Shown piece after piece: positions 1-10,179 of a DNA stretch of 64,000 nt. The notes under the pieces are model-generated. The model made no database searches. It worked only from the letters and a program-made list of their open reading frames with translations, and was not told the origin of the DNA. The DNA is from Actinomycetota bacterium (GTDB lineage: Bacteria; Actinomycetota; Thermoleophilia; Gaiellales; F1-60-MAGs149), in NCBI GenBank assembly GCA_026392355.1, contig JAPLCF010000041.1, positions 204,716 to 268,715 of the forward strand, read 5' to 3'. Within the stretch, counting starts at the first letter, position 1; each line of letters starts with the position of its first letter. Made by a program: the position numbers and the translations under genes.

Positions 1-711
1 TTCGATCCGAATCGGCAGCTCGAGTCGACGCTGGCGATTCCCCGCGACCTACGCGTCAACGTGCCGGGCTACGGCGACCAGAAAATCAACGCGGCCTATG
101 CGACCGGTGGGTCTGCACTGGCGATCAAGGCGGTCACGGACTACACGGGCCTGCCGATCGACCACGTGATGGTCATCGACTTCAGCGGTCTCGAGCAGGT
201 CGTCGATGCCGTCGGCGGCATCACGATCAATAACCCCGGCAACATGCGGTCGATCTTCGAAGGGAAGCTCTACAAGTTCCCCAAGGGGCAGATCACACTC
301 AACGGTGCTGATGCGCTGGCCTACGCGCGCATCCGCAAGAACATCCTCAACCCGTCCGACTCCGACATCAGTCGCGGCCAGCATCAACAGTTGGTGATTC
401 AGGCCCTGCGTTCGAAGATCGCTAGCCCGGGCGGCCTGTTGCGTCTGCGCACGGTGTCCACGGCGCTCGGTGGTGCGTTCGCAACGGATCTGACCCTGTG
501 GCAGATGCTCCAGCTCGGCTATCTCGACGCCCGCGCCGCCACGCGGCTGCGCTGCAACCTCGGTGGCACGCCGGCGCCGCTGGACGGCCAGGACGTTCTG
601 ATCCCCGACGGCTCCGGTAATCGTCGCGTGCTTGGGGAGTTCCTTGGCAATGCCGCCGTTCAGCCAGCGGCGTCGCGGTCGATGTTCGCCGCGCAGTGCC
701 GCAAGACGTAA
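1..711 (+). CDS. LytR/CpsA/Psr (LCP) family protein, C-terminal part (5' end lies outside the window)
   Basis: Frame 1 is open from base 1 (FDPNRQLESTLAIPRDLRVNVPGYG...) and continues into ORF 61..711. LCP-type segments: IPRDL.V.VPGYG..KINAAYA.GG, IDHVMVIDFSGLEQVVDAVGGITI, LNGADALAYARIRK....SDISRGQHQQ. Confidence 0.8.
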   Translation, partial: FDPNRQLESTLAIPRDLRVNVPGYGDQKINAAYATGGSALAIKAVTDYTGLPIDHVMVIDFSGLEQVVDAVGGITINNPGNMRSIFEGKLYKFPKGQITLNGADALAYARIRKNILNPSDSDISRGQHQQLVIQALRSKIASPGGLLRLRTVSTALGGAFATDLTLWQMLQLGYLDARAATRLRCNLGGTPAPLDGQDVLIPDGSGNRRVLGEFLGNAAVQPAASRSMFAAQCRKT

Positions 712-784
712 ACCGAATCGGAACCCATCAGGGCCGTCTGTAGTCCGATACTGGCATGGGGTCCTCGGCACGTCCCCGTCCGCC

Positions 785-1723
785 ATGGTCTCCGGTCATT
801 CCCGACTCACCCATCTGCACCGCCTAGTCCTTGCGCTCGTTGCCGTGGTCGCGATCGGCGCGGTCGGTGAGGGGGCGGAGGCACAGGTTTCGCCGCCCGG
901 GCGCGTCGTGGTCGTGCATACGACGTACCGCGCGTGGAACGGCGAGACGCGTGCGATGCGCATCGCGTTCCCGTCGAATTTCCGGCAGGTGGCCCACGGC
1001 GCCGGGCTTCCGCTCGTGATTGCACTGCACGGCGCGGATGGGAGGACCCGGTGCCATCAGAGCTTTGGGCGCGCGCCCGTGCGGTACGGCATCGTGATCG
1101 CTTGCCTCGAGGGTCAGGGTGTGGCGACGCGGCGGTTCTCGTACGGCGCCCCCGGTCAGATCGACGACCAACTGCGGGTGCCGGCACTCGTGCGCCAGCG
1201 GGCGCCGCTCCTGCCGATCGACGGTCATCGGGTGATCATCGTCGGCGCGAGCATGGGCGGGATGGAGGCATTGCTCGCGGCCGAACGTGCGCCCGACGCT
1301 TTCGCCGCCGTGGTCGCACTCGACGCGCCGGTGGATCTCGCGGCGCATTTCCGCAACGTCGCGCCTGCTGGTGCGCCGAACCTGAAGACCAAGGCAATGC
1401 TCGCGGAGTGCGGCGGCACGCCGGACGAGGCCGCCGATTGTTATCGCGAGCGAAGCCCACTCGCAAACATGGAGCAGTTCGGGCAATCGATGGTGCCGCT
1501 GGTCATGTGGTGGAGCTCCCGTGATGCGATCGCAGGCTCGCCGGAGGCCTCACCCGCCTACATCGCGGCGATGCAGGCGGACTACCCGTGGCATCCGATC
1601 TACGCGCGTGTCGGGCGCTGGCAACATGGCCGAGCGTGGTGGCGGCACGATCGGCTGTGGCTCCGAGACGCGCTGGCGCTGGCCCGCGCGAACCCGCAAC
1701 GTGGCGCGCCCGACTTCGGGTAG
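785..1723 (+). CDS. secreted alpha/beta-hydrolase (esterase / S9-like serine hydrolase)
   Basis: Part of ORF 632..1723. ATG 785 chosen because it opens a signal-peptide-like segment (MVSGHSRLTHLHRLVLALVAVVAIGAVGEGAEAQ). Nucleophile elbow G-A-S-M-G-G in VIIVGASMGGMEALL. Confidence 0.6.
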   Translation: MVSGHSRLTHLHRLVLALVAVVAIGAVGEGAEAQVSPPGRVVVVHTTYRAWNGETRAMRIAFPSNFRQVAHGAGLPLVIALHGADGRTRCHQSFGRAPVRYGIVIACLEGQGVATRRFSYGAPGQIDDQLRVPALVRQRAPLLPIDGHRVIIVGASMGGMEALLAAERAPDAFAAVVALDAPVDLAAHFRNVAPAGAPNLKTKAMLAECGGTPDEAADCYRERSPLANMEQFGQSMVPLVMWWSSRDAIAGSPEASPAYIAAMQADYPWHPIYARVGRWQHGRAWWRHDRLWLRDALALARANPQRGAPDFG

Positions 1724-1736
1724 CATCCCGGCGTTC

Positions 1737-1810
1737 GGCGGCGTAGCTCAGTTGGTTAGAGCAGCGGAATCATAATCCGCGTGTCGTAGGTTCGAGTCCT
1801 ACCGCCGCTA
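1737..1810 (+). tRNA. tRNA with CAT anticodon (elongator Met, or Ile2 if lysidine-modified)
   Basis: Hand-folded cloverleaf: acceptor GGCGGCG/CGCCGCT, D arm GCTC-AGTTGGTTA-GAGC, anticodon arm GCGGA-ATCATAA-TCCGC (anticodon CAT), T arm GTAGG-TTCGAGT-CCTAC, discriminator A. CCA is not encoded. No initiator features (no 3 G-C pairs in the anticodon stem). Confidence 0.85.
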
Positions 1811-1857
1811 CTCCGGGCCGCTGGCCTTTCGGGCAGGCGGCGCCGGCTCTTCGCGCC

Positions 1858-2565
1858 ATGGCATCTGCTCCAATCATCCTCGTTCCCGGCTTCTGGCTCG
1901 GGGCGTGGGCGTGGGATGACGTTGCCGACATCCTGCGTGCGGATGGTCATGAGGTGACCGCACTGACGCTGCCCGGCCTTGAGTCGGTCGACGCCGATCG
2001 CTCAAGCATCCGCCTCATCGACCACGTCGACGCGATCTGCGCGGCGATCGAGGCGGCCGACGCACCGGTGGTGCTGGCGGTCCACAGCGGCACGGGCGTT
2101 GCCGGCTACGCCGCCAGCGACCGACTGTCCGATCGCATCGCGCGGATGGTCTACGTCGACTCTGCACCGGGCACGGGGGCGTTGAACCCCGAGTTCGACG
2201 AGGACGAGCTGCCGTTTCGCACGCACGCGGAGCTGCGGCAGGAGAACCTGGATGGCCTCAGCAAGGAGCAGTTGCAGATCTTCCGCCACCGCGCCGTGCC
2301 ACAGCCGGGAGCGACGCTGCGCGACGAGCCGGTGCTGCGGAACGACGCGCGCTGCAACGTGCCGACGACGGTCATCTGCACCGGCTTCTCTGCGAAGCAG
2401 GTGCAGGAGGCTGTCGGCGAGGGGTATCCCTGGCTGGCCGGTCTGGCCGAGCTGACCGACGTGTCGTACGTGGATCTGCCGACCAGCCACTGGCCGATGT
2501 GGTCGAAGCCGCGCGAGCTCGCAGCGCTCCTCGCCGCTACCGCAGCGCCCGCATCGCGTGACTGA
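1858..2565 (+). CDS. alpha/beta hydrolase fold protein
   Basis: 235-aa ORF. N-terminal ILVPGFWLGAWAWDDV..GHEVTALTLPG and VLAVHSGTG nucleophile-elbow-like motif. Size typical of a single-domain alpha/beta hydrolase. Confidence 0.7.
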   Translation: MASAPIILVPGFWLGAWAWDDVADILRADGHEVTALTLPGLESVDADRSSIRLIDHVDAICAAIEAADAPVVLAVHSGTGVAGYAASDRLSDRIARMVYVDSAPGTGALNPEFDEDELPFRTHAELRQENLDGLSKEQLQIFRHRAVPQPGATLRDEPVLRNDARCNVPTTVICTGFSAKQVQEAVGEGYPWLAGLAELTDVSYVDLPTSHWPMWSKPRELAALLAATAAPASRD

Positions 2566-3427
2566 CGCGGGCGGCGTAGGCTTCGCAGCCATGGAGGCGC
2601 TCGCCACTCGGATCCCCGGCCCTGCCTTGATGGGCATCGTCAACGTCACGCCTGATTCGTTCTCTGATGGTGGGCAGTTCAGCGACCGCGACGCGGCAAT
2701 CGCGCACGGGCTCGAGCTCGTGGCGCAGGGCGCGGCGATCGTCGACGTCGGTGGCGAGTCGACGCGACCCGGTGCTGAGGCCGTGTCGGCGGCGGACGAG
2801 CTGCAGCGCGTCGTCGACGTCATCGCCGGTATTCGCGCCGCGAGTGCCACGCCAATCTCGATCGACACGATGAAGAGCGCCGTGGCCGAGGCGGCGATTG
2901 TCGCGGGCGCCACGATGGTCAACGACGTCACCGCCTGCTCGTTTGACCCGCGCATCATCGACGTCGTACGCGACGCGGACGTGGACGTCTGCGTGATGCA
3001 CATGCAGGGCGAGCCGCGCACGATGCAGGACGCCCCGTCCTATGACGACGTCGTGCGCGAGGTCGGCGACTACCTCTGGAGCCGCGTCGAGGCGCTCGTG
3101 GCGGCTGGCATCGATCCACGCCGGATTGCCGTGGATCCGGGCATCGGGTTTGGCAAGACCGTCGAGCACAACGTCGCGCTGCTTGCCGCGACGCACGAGC
3201 TGGGAGAGGCGACCGGCTGTCCGGTGCTGGTCGGCGTGTCGCGCAAGCGCTTCCTCGGCGCGCTGCTCGGCGATCCTGAGCGCGACCGTACGACCGCCAC
3301 CGTCGCCGCCGGCATGGCTGCCGTCGAGCGCGGGGCGTGGATGCTGCGGGTGCACGACGTGACGCCACATGCCGAGGCGCTCGCGGTGCTTCGCCCGGTG
3401 CTCGGATCTGGCACGGTGCCCGCATGA
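2558..3427 (+). CDS. folP: dihydropteroate synthase
   Basis: GIVNVTPDSFSDGG, IVDVGGESTRPGA, SIDT, MVNDV, GIGFGKT, VGVSRKRF motifs. Start uncertain (GTG 2558 overlapping the upstream stop, or ATG 2591). Confidence 0.92.
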   Translation: MTDAGGVGFAAMEALATRIPGPALMGIVNVTPDSFSDGGQFSDRDAAIAHGLELVAQGAAIVDVGGESTRPGAEAVSAADELQRVVDVIAGIRAASATPISIDTMKSAVAEAAIVAGATMVNDVTACSFDPRIIDVVRDADVDVCVMHMQGEPRTMQDAPSYDDVVREVGDYLWSRVEALVAAGIDPRRIAVDPGIGFGKTVEHNVALLAATHELGEATGCPVLVGVSRKRFLGALLGDPERDRTTATVAAGMAAVERGAWMLRVHDVTPHAEALAVLRPVLGSGTVPA

Positions 3428-3789
3428 CGCGCCAGCTCGGCATTCAGGTCGTGGGCATCGAGGTCTTCGCCTTTCACGGCGTGCTGCCCGAGGAGCGCGC
3501 GCAGGGGCAGGACTTTCGCATCGACGTGCACCTCGTGCCGACCTCGGATCGCGCCTGCGATACCGATGCGCTCGGCGACGCCGTTGACTACGGCGCCGTC
3601 ACGGAGCGCGTGGTGGCCATCGCGACGGGCGACCCCGTCGACCTGATCGAGCGACTCGCCGATCTGATCGCCGTTGATCTCCTTGGCGCGTTCCCGATCG
3701 AGCAGGTCACCGTCGCCGTGCACAAGCCGCACGCGCCAATCGTCGCGCCGTTCGGCGACGTGGTCGTGTCCGTCACTCGCACCGCATGA
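3424..3789 (+). CDS. folB: dihydroneopterin aldolase
   Basis: ATG 3424 overlaps the folP stop (ATGA). MTRQLGIQVVGIEVFAFHGVLPEERAQGQDFRIDVHL..DYGAV is a typical FolB N-terminus. Sits between folP and folK. Confidence 0.85.
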   Translation: MTRQLGIQVVGIEVFAFHGVLPEERAQGQDFRIDVHLVPTSDRACDTDALGDAVDYGAVTERVVAIATGDPVDLIERLADLIAVDLLGAFPIEQVTVAVHKPHAPIVAPFGDVVVSVTRTA

Positions 3790-4292
3790 CCCGCGCGGTG
3801 GTTGGGATCGGCGGCAACGTCGGTGATGTTGCGCAGGCGTTTCGCGAGGCACTCGACGAGCTCAACCGATCCCACGGCGTCGGCGTGCTGGCTGCCTCAT
3901 CGCTCTACCGCACTGCACCCGTCGGTGGTGTCGAGCAGGACGACTTTCTGAACGCCGCCGTGCTGCTCGACGTGACCCTCGGGCCCGTGCAGTTGCTGCA
4001 GCGTCTGCTGGAGATCGAACAGGGCCACGGGCGAACGCGAGACGTCCACTGGGGACCACGCACGCTCGATCTCGACCTGCTCTGGCAGGAAGGCGTCGTG
4101 CTCGCCGCCCCGGGGCTGATCGTGCCGCACCCGCGTCTGCACGAGCGCCGTTTTGCGCTGCAGCCGCTGGTCGAGATCGCGCCGTTCGCGGCCGACGCGG
4201 ATGGCGTCAGCTACGCGACGATCCTGGGCGAATTGCCGCTTGATGGTGTCACCGTCGTCGGTGGACCGTCGCTCGTCTACGATCCGTCGTGA
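3786..4292 (+). CDS. folK: 2-amino-4-hydroxy-6-hydroxymethyldihydropteridine diphosphokinase
   Basis: ATGA overlap with folB. SSLYRTAPVGGVEQDDFLNAAV, RHWGPRTLDLDLL, PHPRLHERRFAL.PL motifs. Confidence 0.9.
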   Translation: MTRAVVGIGGNVGDVAQAFREALDELNRSHGVGVLAASSLYRTAPVGGVEQDDFLNAAVLLDVTLGPVQLLQRLLEIEQGHGRTRDVHWGPRTLDLDLLWQEGVVLAAPGLIVPHPRLHERRFALQPLVEIAPFAADADGVSYATILGELPLDGVTVVGGPSLVYDPS

Positions 4293-4320
4293 TCCGACCG
4301 GCATAGCCAGGGAGTCGAAC

Positions 4321-4662
4321 GTGTCGCATCTTGAGGACCTCGAGGAGTACGACGCCGAGCTCGAACTCACGCTGAAGCGCGAGTACGCCACGGTGTTCGG
4401 CCTGTTCCGGTACTGCATCCTCACGCAGGAAGCCACGTACCTCTGTAACAAGCTGGAGATGTCGATCGAGCATCAGCCGTCGTACCCGCTCTTCCACCTC
4501 AAGATGGAGGACGTCTGGGTGTGGGACAAGAACCGCCCGAGCCGCATCATCCCGCGCGCCGAGGTCCACACCACGCAGGACGTGACGGTCGAGGAGCTGA
4601 AGCCCGAGGACGACATCTTCACGACGCTGCCGCCGGACTTCACGCCGCCCGTCGAGGACTAG
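4321..4662 (+). CDS. DUF2469-family small acidic protein (actinobacterial, Rv2901c-like)
   Basis: GTG 4321 preceded by AGGGAG. SHLEDLEEYDAELELTLKREYATVFGLFRY...MEDVWVWDKNRPSRI...DVTVEEL matches my memory of the DUF2469 consensus (EDLEKYETEMELSLYREY...WVWDMYRPARF...EEL). Confidence 0.7.
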   Translation: MSHLEDLEEYDAELELTLKREYATVFGLFRYCILTQEATYLCNKLEMSIEHQPSYPLFHLKMEDVWVWDKNRPSRIIPRAEVHTTQDVTVEELKPEDDIFTTLPPDFTPPVED

Positions 4663-4666
4663 CACC

Positions 4667-5440
4667 GTGCTGCTCGCCGTCGACGTCGGCAATACGTCGA
4701 GTGTGATCGGCCTGTTCGATGGCGAGGCGCTCGCCGCTGAGTGGCGCATCGCCACGCGCTATCGCACGACGGACGAGCTCGACGTGACGCTGCGCGGCCT
4801 GCTCGCCTCGCGCTCGATCGACGCGTCGCTGATCACCGCCGGGTGCCTGTCAACCACGGTGCCACCCGTGCAGCAGGCGTGGGAAGAGGTCCTCCAGCGC
4901 GTGGCCGGCGTTGAGCCGATCACCGTCGGTCCGGGCGTCAAAACGGGTGTCGCCGTGCGCGTGCAGAACCCGCGCGAGGTTGGTCCCGACCGCATCGCCA
5001 ACGCCGCCGCTGCGGCCGCGACCGTTGGCACGCCATCAATCGTCGTCGACTTCGGCACCGCCACCAACTTCGATGTCGTCGCGCCGGATGGCGCGTTCAT
5101 CGGCGGCTCGATCGCCCCGGGGCTTGAGGTCTCGATGGAGGCGTTGTTCGCACGTGCTGCGCGCCTCGGCAAGGTCGAACTCGTCGCGCCGCCGAATGCC
5201 ATCGGCACTGCCACGATCGATTCGCTTCAGTCGGGTGCGGTCTACGGCTTCGCCGGACTCGTCGACGGTATCGTCGGTCGTCTGCGCGAGGAGCTCGGCG
5301 AGCCTACCTGCCCGGTCGTCGCCACCGGCGGCCTGTCCGTGCTGATTGCTGAACACTGCGCAACGGTCACCAGCATCGACCCGCAGCTCACGCTGACGGG
5401 CCTGCGTCTGATCTGGGAGCGCGCGAGCGCGGCCGCATGA
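4667..5440 (+). CDS. coaX: type III pantothenate kinase
   Basis: MLLAVDVGNTSSVIGLF start, VVDFGTATNFD, GGSIAPG, ATGG motifs. 257 aa. Confidence 0.88.
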   Translation: MLLAVDVGNTSSVIGLFDGEALAAEWRIATRYRTTDELDVTLRGLLASRSIDASLITAGCLSTTVPPVQQAWEEVLQRVAGVEPITVGPGVKTGVAVRVQNPREVGPDRIANAAAAAATVGTPSIVVDFGTATNFDVVAPDGAFIGGSIAPGLEVSMEALFARAARLGKVELVAPPNAIGTATIDSLQSGAVYGFAGLVDGIVGRLREELGEPTCPVVATGGLSVLIAEHCATVTSIDPQLTLTGLRLIWERASAAA

Positions 5441-6195
5441 CCAAGCGCGCGTGGGACGGCAAGACGTACGACCGCATCGGTACGCCGCAGGCCGAGTGGG
5501 GCAAGGTTGTGCTCGACCGCATGCAGCTGCGTGGCGACGAGACCGTGGTCGATGCCGGCTGCGGCTCGGGGCGTGTCACCGAGCTGCTACTGGAGCGCCT
5601 GCCTGAGGGCCACGTGATTGCCCTTGATGGTTCGGCGTCGATGATCGACGCGGCGCGCGAGCGCCTCGGTGCGCATGCCAACATCGAGTTCGCGGTCATG
5701 GATCTGCTGGAGCTTGACCTCGGTGGTCGCCAGGTCGATGGCGTCATCTCGACCGCCACCTTCCACTGGATCACCGACCACGCCCGCCTCTTCGAGCGTC
5801 TGCATGCGGTGATCCGCCCGGGCGGCCAGCTCGTCGCGCAGTGCGGCGGTAAGGGCAACATCGCCAGCGTGCTGCGCGCGTCCTACGCCGTCATGGCAGA
5901 GCCGGCCTGGACCCAGTGGTTCGAGGGCTACGTCGACCCGCATCGGTTCGCCGACGCGCCGGAGACGGAGGAGTTGCTGCGGGCCGCCGGGTTTGCGGAG
6001 TCAACCTGCTGGCTGCAGGACGCGCCGGTCAATCCGCCCGAGCCGCCGGTCTTCCTCGGCACGGTGATCCTCGGCGGAGCGATGGAGCGCCTACCCGAAG
6101 ATCGGCACGATGCCTTCCTCGGTGAGATCCTCGGACGTCTACCCGAGCCGTTCGAGGCCGACTACGTGCGCCTCAACATCGACGCGATCGCCTAG
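5437..6195 (+). CDS. class I SAM-dependent methyltransferase (Tam-like)
   Basis: ATGA overlap with coaX. Motif I VVDAGCGSGRVTELL, then ALDGS.SMI..A. 252 aa. Confidence 0.75.
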   Translation: MTKRAWDGKTYDRIGTPQAEWGKVVLDRMQLRGDETVVDAGCGSGRVTELLLERLPEGHVIALDGSASMIDAARERLGAHANIEFAVMDLLELDLGGRQVDGVISTATFHWITDHARLFERLHAVIRPGGQLVAQCGGKGNIASVLRASYAVMAEPAWTQWFEGYVDPHRFADAPETEELLRAAGFAESTCWLQDAPVNPPEPPVFLGTVILGGAMERLPEDRHDAFLGEILGRLPEPFEADYVRLNIDAIA

Positions 6196-6935
6196 CGCTC
6201 GGCGCGGGCGCTGCGGCAGGCGGCGACGAAGCCACGGCCGATCTGGTTGCCGATTGCCGTGTGCAACTCGTCGAGGTCGTCGGCCTGTTGACGCAAGCGG
6301 ATCGGGTCGACGCCAGCCGCCCGGAAGAACCCGGCGGTCTCCGGCAGGATGCCGTCCTCGAAGTCGAACTCGATGCCGCGCGCCACACTGTGGAGGCCCT
6401 CGCGGGTCATCTCGGGGTGCAGCTGTAACGCCCAGCTGCGATCGCCGATACGCATCGCCTGGCAGCAGGCATCGCTCTCGATCAGCACCGTTGCGTCCTC
6501 GACAGGCTTGAAGGCGAAGGCGTGCGCGTGGAAGCTCTCGTACGCGGCAGGAATGCCGACGAAAAGGGGGTCGTCCTGCGCGGCGGGTGTGGTGCGCACG
6601 GGGTGGATGCCGAGCTCGGGCGTCGAGCGGTAGATCTCAGCACCCGCCGACTGTGCGAGCAGTTGGCCACCGAGGCAGACGCCGAGCACCGGGCGATCCA
6701 GCGCGCGCGCCTCGATGATCGCGTCACGGGCATCGTGGATCGCCTGCTCGTCGTCGACCGGGTCGCCGAGGCCAGGCAGGACGAGCAGGCCGTCGAAATC
6801 GGCGACGCTCGGAATCGGCCCGTAGGCCATCGCGATCGTCAGCTCAGCGCCGGCGGCCTCGAGACCGACACCGATGCGACCGGCGTGCTTGTCGTCGTCG
6901 TTCTGGACGACGAGAATGCGCACGGATTCGCTCAC
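6192..6935 (-). CDS. class I (type 1) glutamine amidotransferase
   Basis: Part of ORF 6192..7052. GTG 6935 (or 6923) chosen just downstream of the dus stop. VRILVVQND start and catalytic-Cys motif GVCLGGQLLAQ, with later H..E region (LQLHPEMT). Confidence 0.7.
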   Translation of the reverse strand: MSESVRILVVQNDDDKHAGRIGVGLEAAGAELTIAMAYGPIPSVADFDGLLVLPGLGDPVDDEQAIHDARDAIIEARALDRPVLGVCLGGQLLAQSAGAEIYRSTPELGIHPVRTTPAAQDDPLFVGIPAAYESFHAHAFAFKPVEDATVLIESDACCQAMRIGDRSWALQLHPEMTREGLHSVARGIEFDFEDGILPETAGFFRAAGVDPIRLRQQADDLDELHTAIGNQIGRGFVAACRSARAER

Positions 6936-6945
6936 GGCAGCAATG

Positions 6946-8103
6946 CTAGCCGCCGCCGTAGACAGAAATCGGCAGATCGAGCTCGGTGTCGTCCTCTCCC
7001 GAACCGAGCGCGGCCAGCTCGGCCTCCATCGCCGCCACGAGTGCGCGCGCATCGGGGGCAGCGGCGAACAGCGCCTCCTCGACTTCGGCAGACGTCGGCA
7101 GCGTCGAGAGCTCCTGTCGGAGCGAGCGGGGGAAGTGCCCGCGCTTGAGGTACCAGCCGTGGAACTTGCGCAGGAAGTGGGTGGCGCGCTGTTCGCCCAG
7201 CTCGCGCACGGTCTCGCGGATGAAGCGCACGAGCTCAGCGACGACCTCGTCGTTGCCCGGCTGCACGTCCTCGTCGCGGATCATGGATTCGAGGAGCCAG
7301 GGGTTGCCCTGGGCGCCGCGGCCGATCATCACGGCAGCGCAGCCGGTCGTCTCGAGAATGGCGTGGGCGCGCTCGCGCGAGGTGATGTCGCCCGACGCCA
7401 TCACCGGAACGTCGACGAGTGAGACCAGCTCGGCCGTCAGCGAGTGATCCGCGTGACCGGTGTACATCTGCTTGGCGCTGCGCGGGTGGAGCGTGAGGGC
7501 CTGCGCGCCGACGGAGGCAAACAGCGGGCCGGCAATGGTGAAGTCGCGCGACTCGTTCTGCTCGCCGCGCCGCATCTTGACGGTGACGGGCACGGGGACG
7601 GCGTTGACGACGGCCTCGACGACGCGCGCCGCATTCTCGGCACCGTGCGACAGCATCGTCGCGCCCGCACCGGTCTTCGTGACCTTGCGCACCGGGCAGC
7701 CCATGTTGATGTCGATGATGTCGGCGCCGGCATCCACGCACATGCGGGCGGCGTCGGCCATCAGCTGCGGGTCGGCACCGAAGATCTGGACGGCCAGTGG
7801 CTTCTCGTCGGGCGCGATGCGCAGGTAGCTCTTCGTGCGCGCATCGCCGTACCCGAGGCCACACGCCGAAACCATCTCCGAGCAGACGAGCCCTGCGCCG
7901 TGCCGGCGACCCTGGCGGCGGAAGGCCTGCACGGAGACGCCGGCCATCGGTGCGAGCACGATTCGGCTCGGAATCTCCACGTCGCCGATCATCCACGTGT
8001 CGGTCAGGCTGCGTACGTCAATTGCCACGCCGATAGGGTATCGGACGCCCGCGAACGGCCACCCCTGTACCATGCGGCCTGTTCGGCGCCATGACGGCGT
8101 CAT
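6946..8103 (-). CDS. dus: tRNA-dihydrouridine synthase
   Basis: IVLAPMAGVS..FRR, VQIFG, IDINMGCP..KV...GAG, TVKMR, LTLHPR, GDI motifs. Longest ORF given. The real start may be internal (ATG 8073 or ATG 7992, the latter giving MIGDVEIPSRIVLAPMAG). Confidence 0.88.
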   Translation of the reverse strand: MTPSWRRTGRMVQGWPFAGVRYPIGVAIDVRSLTDTWMIGDVEIPSRIVLAPMAGVSVQAFRRQGRRHGAGLVCSEMVSACGLGYGDARTKSYLRIAPDEKPLAVQIFGADPQLMADAARMCVDAGADIIDINMGCPVRKVTKTGAGATMLSHGAENAARVVEAVVNAVPVPVTVKMRRGEQNESRDFTIAGPLFASVGAQALTLHPRSAKQMYTGHADHSLTAELVSLVDVPVMASGDITSRERAHAILETTGCAAVMIGRGAQGNPWLLESMIRDEDVQPGNDEVVAELVRFIRETVRELGEQRATHFLRKFHGWYLKRGHFPRSLRQELSTLPTSAEVEEALFAAAPDARALVAAMEAELAALGSGEDDTELDLPISVYGGG

Positions 8104-8126
8104 TAACGAGATCTGCCGGAGGCACC

Positions 8127-8600
8127 GTGGCCAAGGAAGTCGTCCTCACCGCCGAGGGGTATCGCGAGCTCAAGGAGCGTCTCGACTACCTCACCACCGA
8201 GCGCCGTCGCGAGATTGCGCAGGCCATCAAAGAGGCGCGCGAGTTCGGCGACCTCTCGGAGAACGCCGAGTACGACGCGGCGAAGAACGAGCAGGCGGTG
8301 CTCGAGGACGAGATCGCAGAGCTCGAAGAGCAGCTGCGTGACGCCACCATCGTCGAGAAGGGTGATCAGCCGCGCGGCGAGGTCGCCATCGGCACCACCG
8401 TGACGCTTAAGGGCCCCCGCAACAGCGAGCGCAAGTTCAAGCTGGTCGGCTCGGCCGAAGCGGATCCCGACCAGAATCGCTACTCGAACGAGTCGCCGAT
8501 CGGTCGTGCCGTCCTGGGTGGCAAGAAGGGCGACAAGGTCGAGGTCATCACGCCCAAGGGTGTCGTCAAGTACGAGATCACCGCGATCTCGCGCGCCTAG
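8127..8600 (+). CDS. greA: transcription elongation factor GreA
   Basis: GTG 8127 preceded by GGAGG. LTAEGYRELKERLDYL...EIAQAIKEAREFGDLSENAEYDAAKNEQ signature. About 157 aa. Confidence 0.92.
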   Translation: MAKEVVLTAEGYRELKERLDYLTTERRREIAQAIKEAREFGDLSENAEYDAAKNEQAVLEDEIAELEEQLRDATIVEKGDQPRGEVAIGTTVTLKGPRNSERKFKLVGSAEADPDQNRYSNESPIGRAVLGGKKGDKVEVITPKGVVKYEITAISRA

Positions 8601-8610
8601 GCTCAACGCG

Positions 8611-10023
<1,413 letters not shown>

Positions 10024-10179
10024 TCCGGGCGACATCGAACGGTGATCCGGTGGTAAGTCGAAAGCCGGGTCGCACGACCGGATTGGTACGCACCACGCTC
10101 TGGTAGTGTGGGCGCCCAGTCGGTGATCGGTGGAATCCGGTTGCCGGAGCCCTGCGAAACAGGGGGCAGGAGGCCAATC

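Noticed and set aside
10024-10179. Regulatory element upstream of clpC. I looked for a CtsR heptad direct repeat (GGTCAAA-type) or a ClgR-type CGC-N5-GCG operator. I noted a CGGTGATC(C)GGTGG direct repeat (near 10040 and 10119) and a possible TGG-TAGTGT extended -10.
   Set aside because: No match to the CtsR or ClgR consensus as I remember them. The direct repeat is short (13 nt, one indel) and could be chance in GC-rich DNA. The promoter guess has a poor -35 with short spacing. Too weak to annotate.
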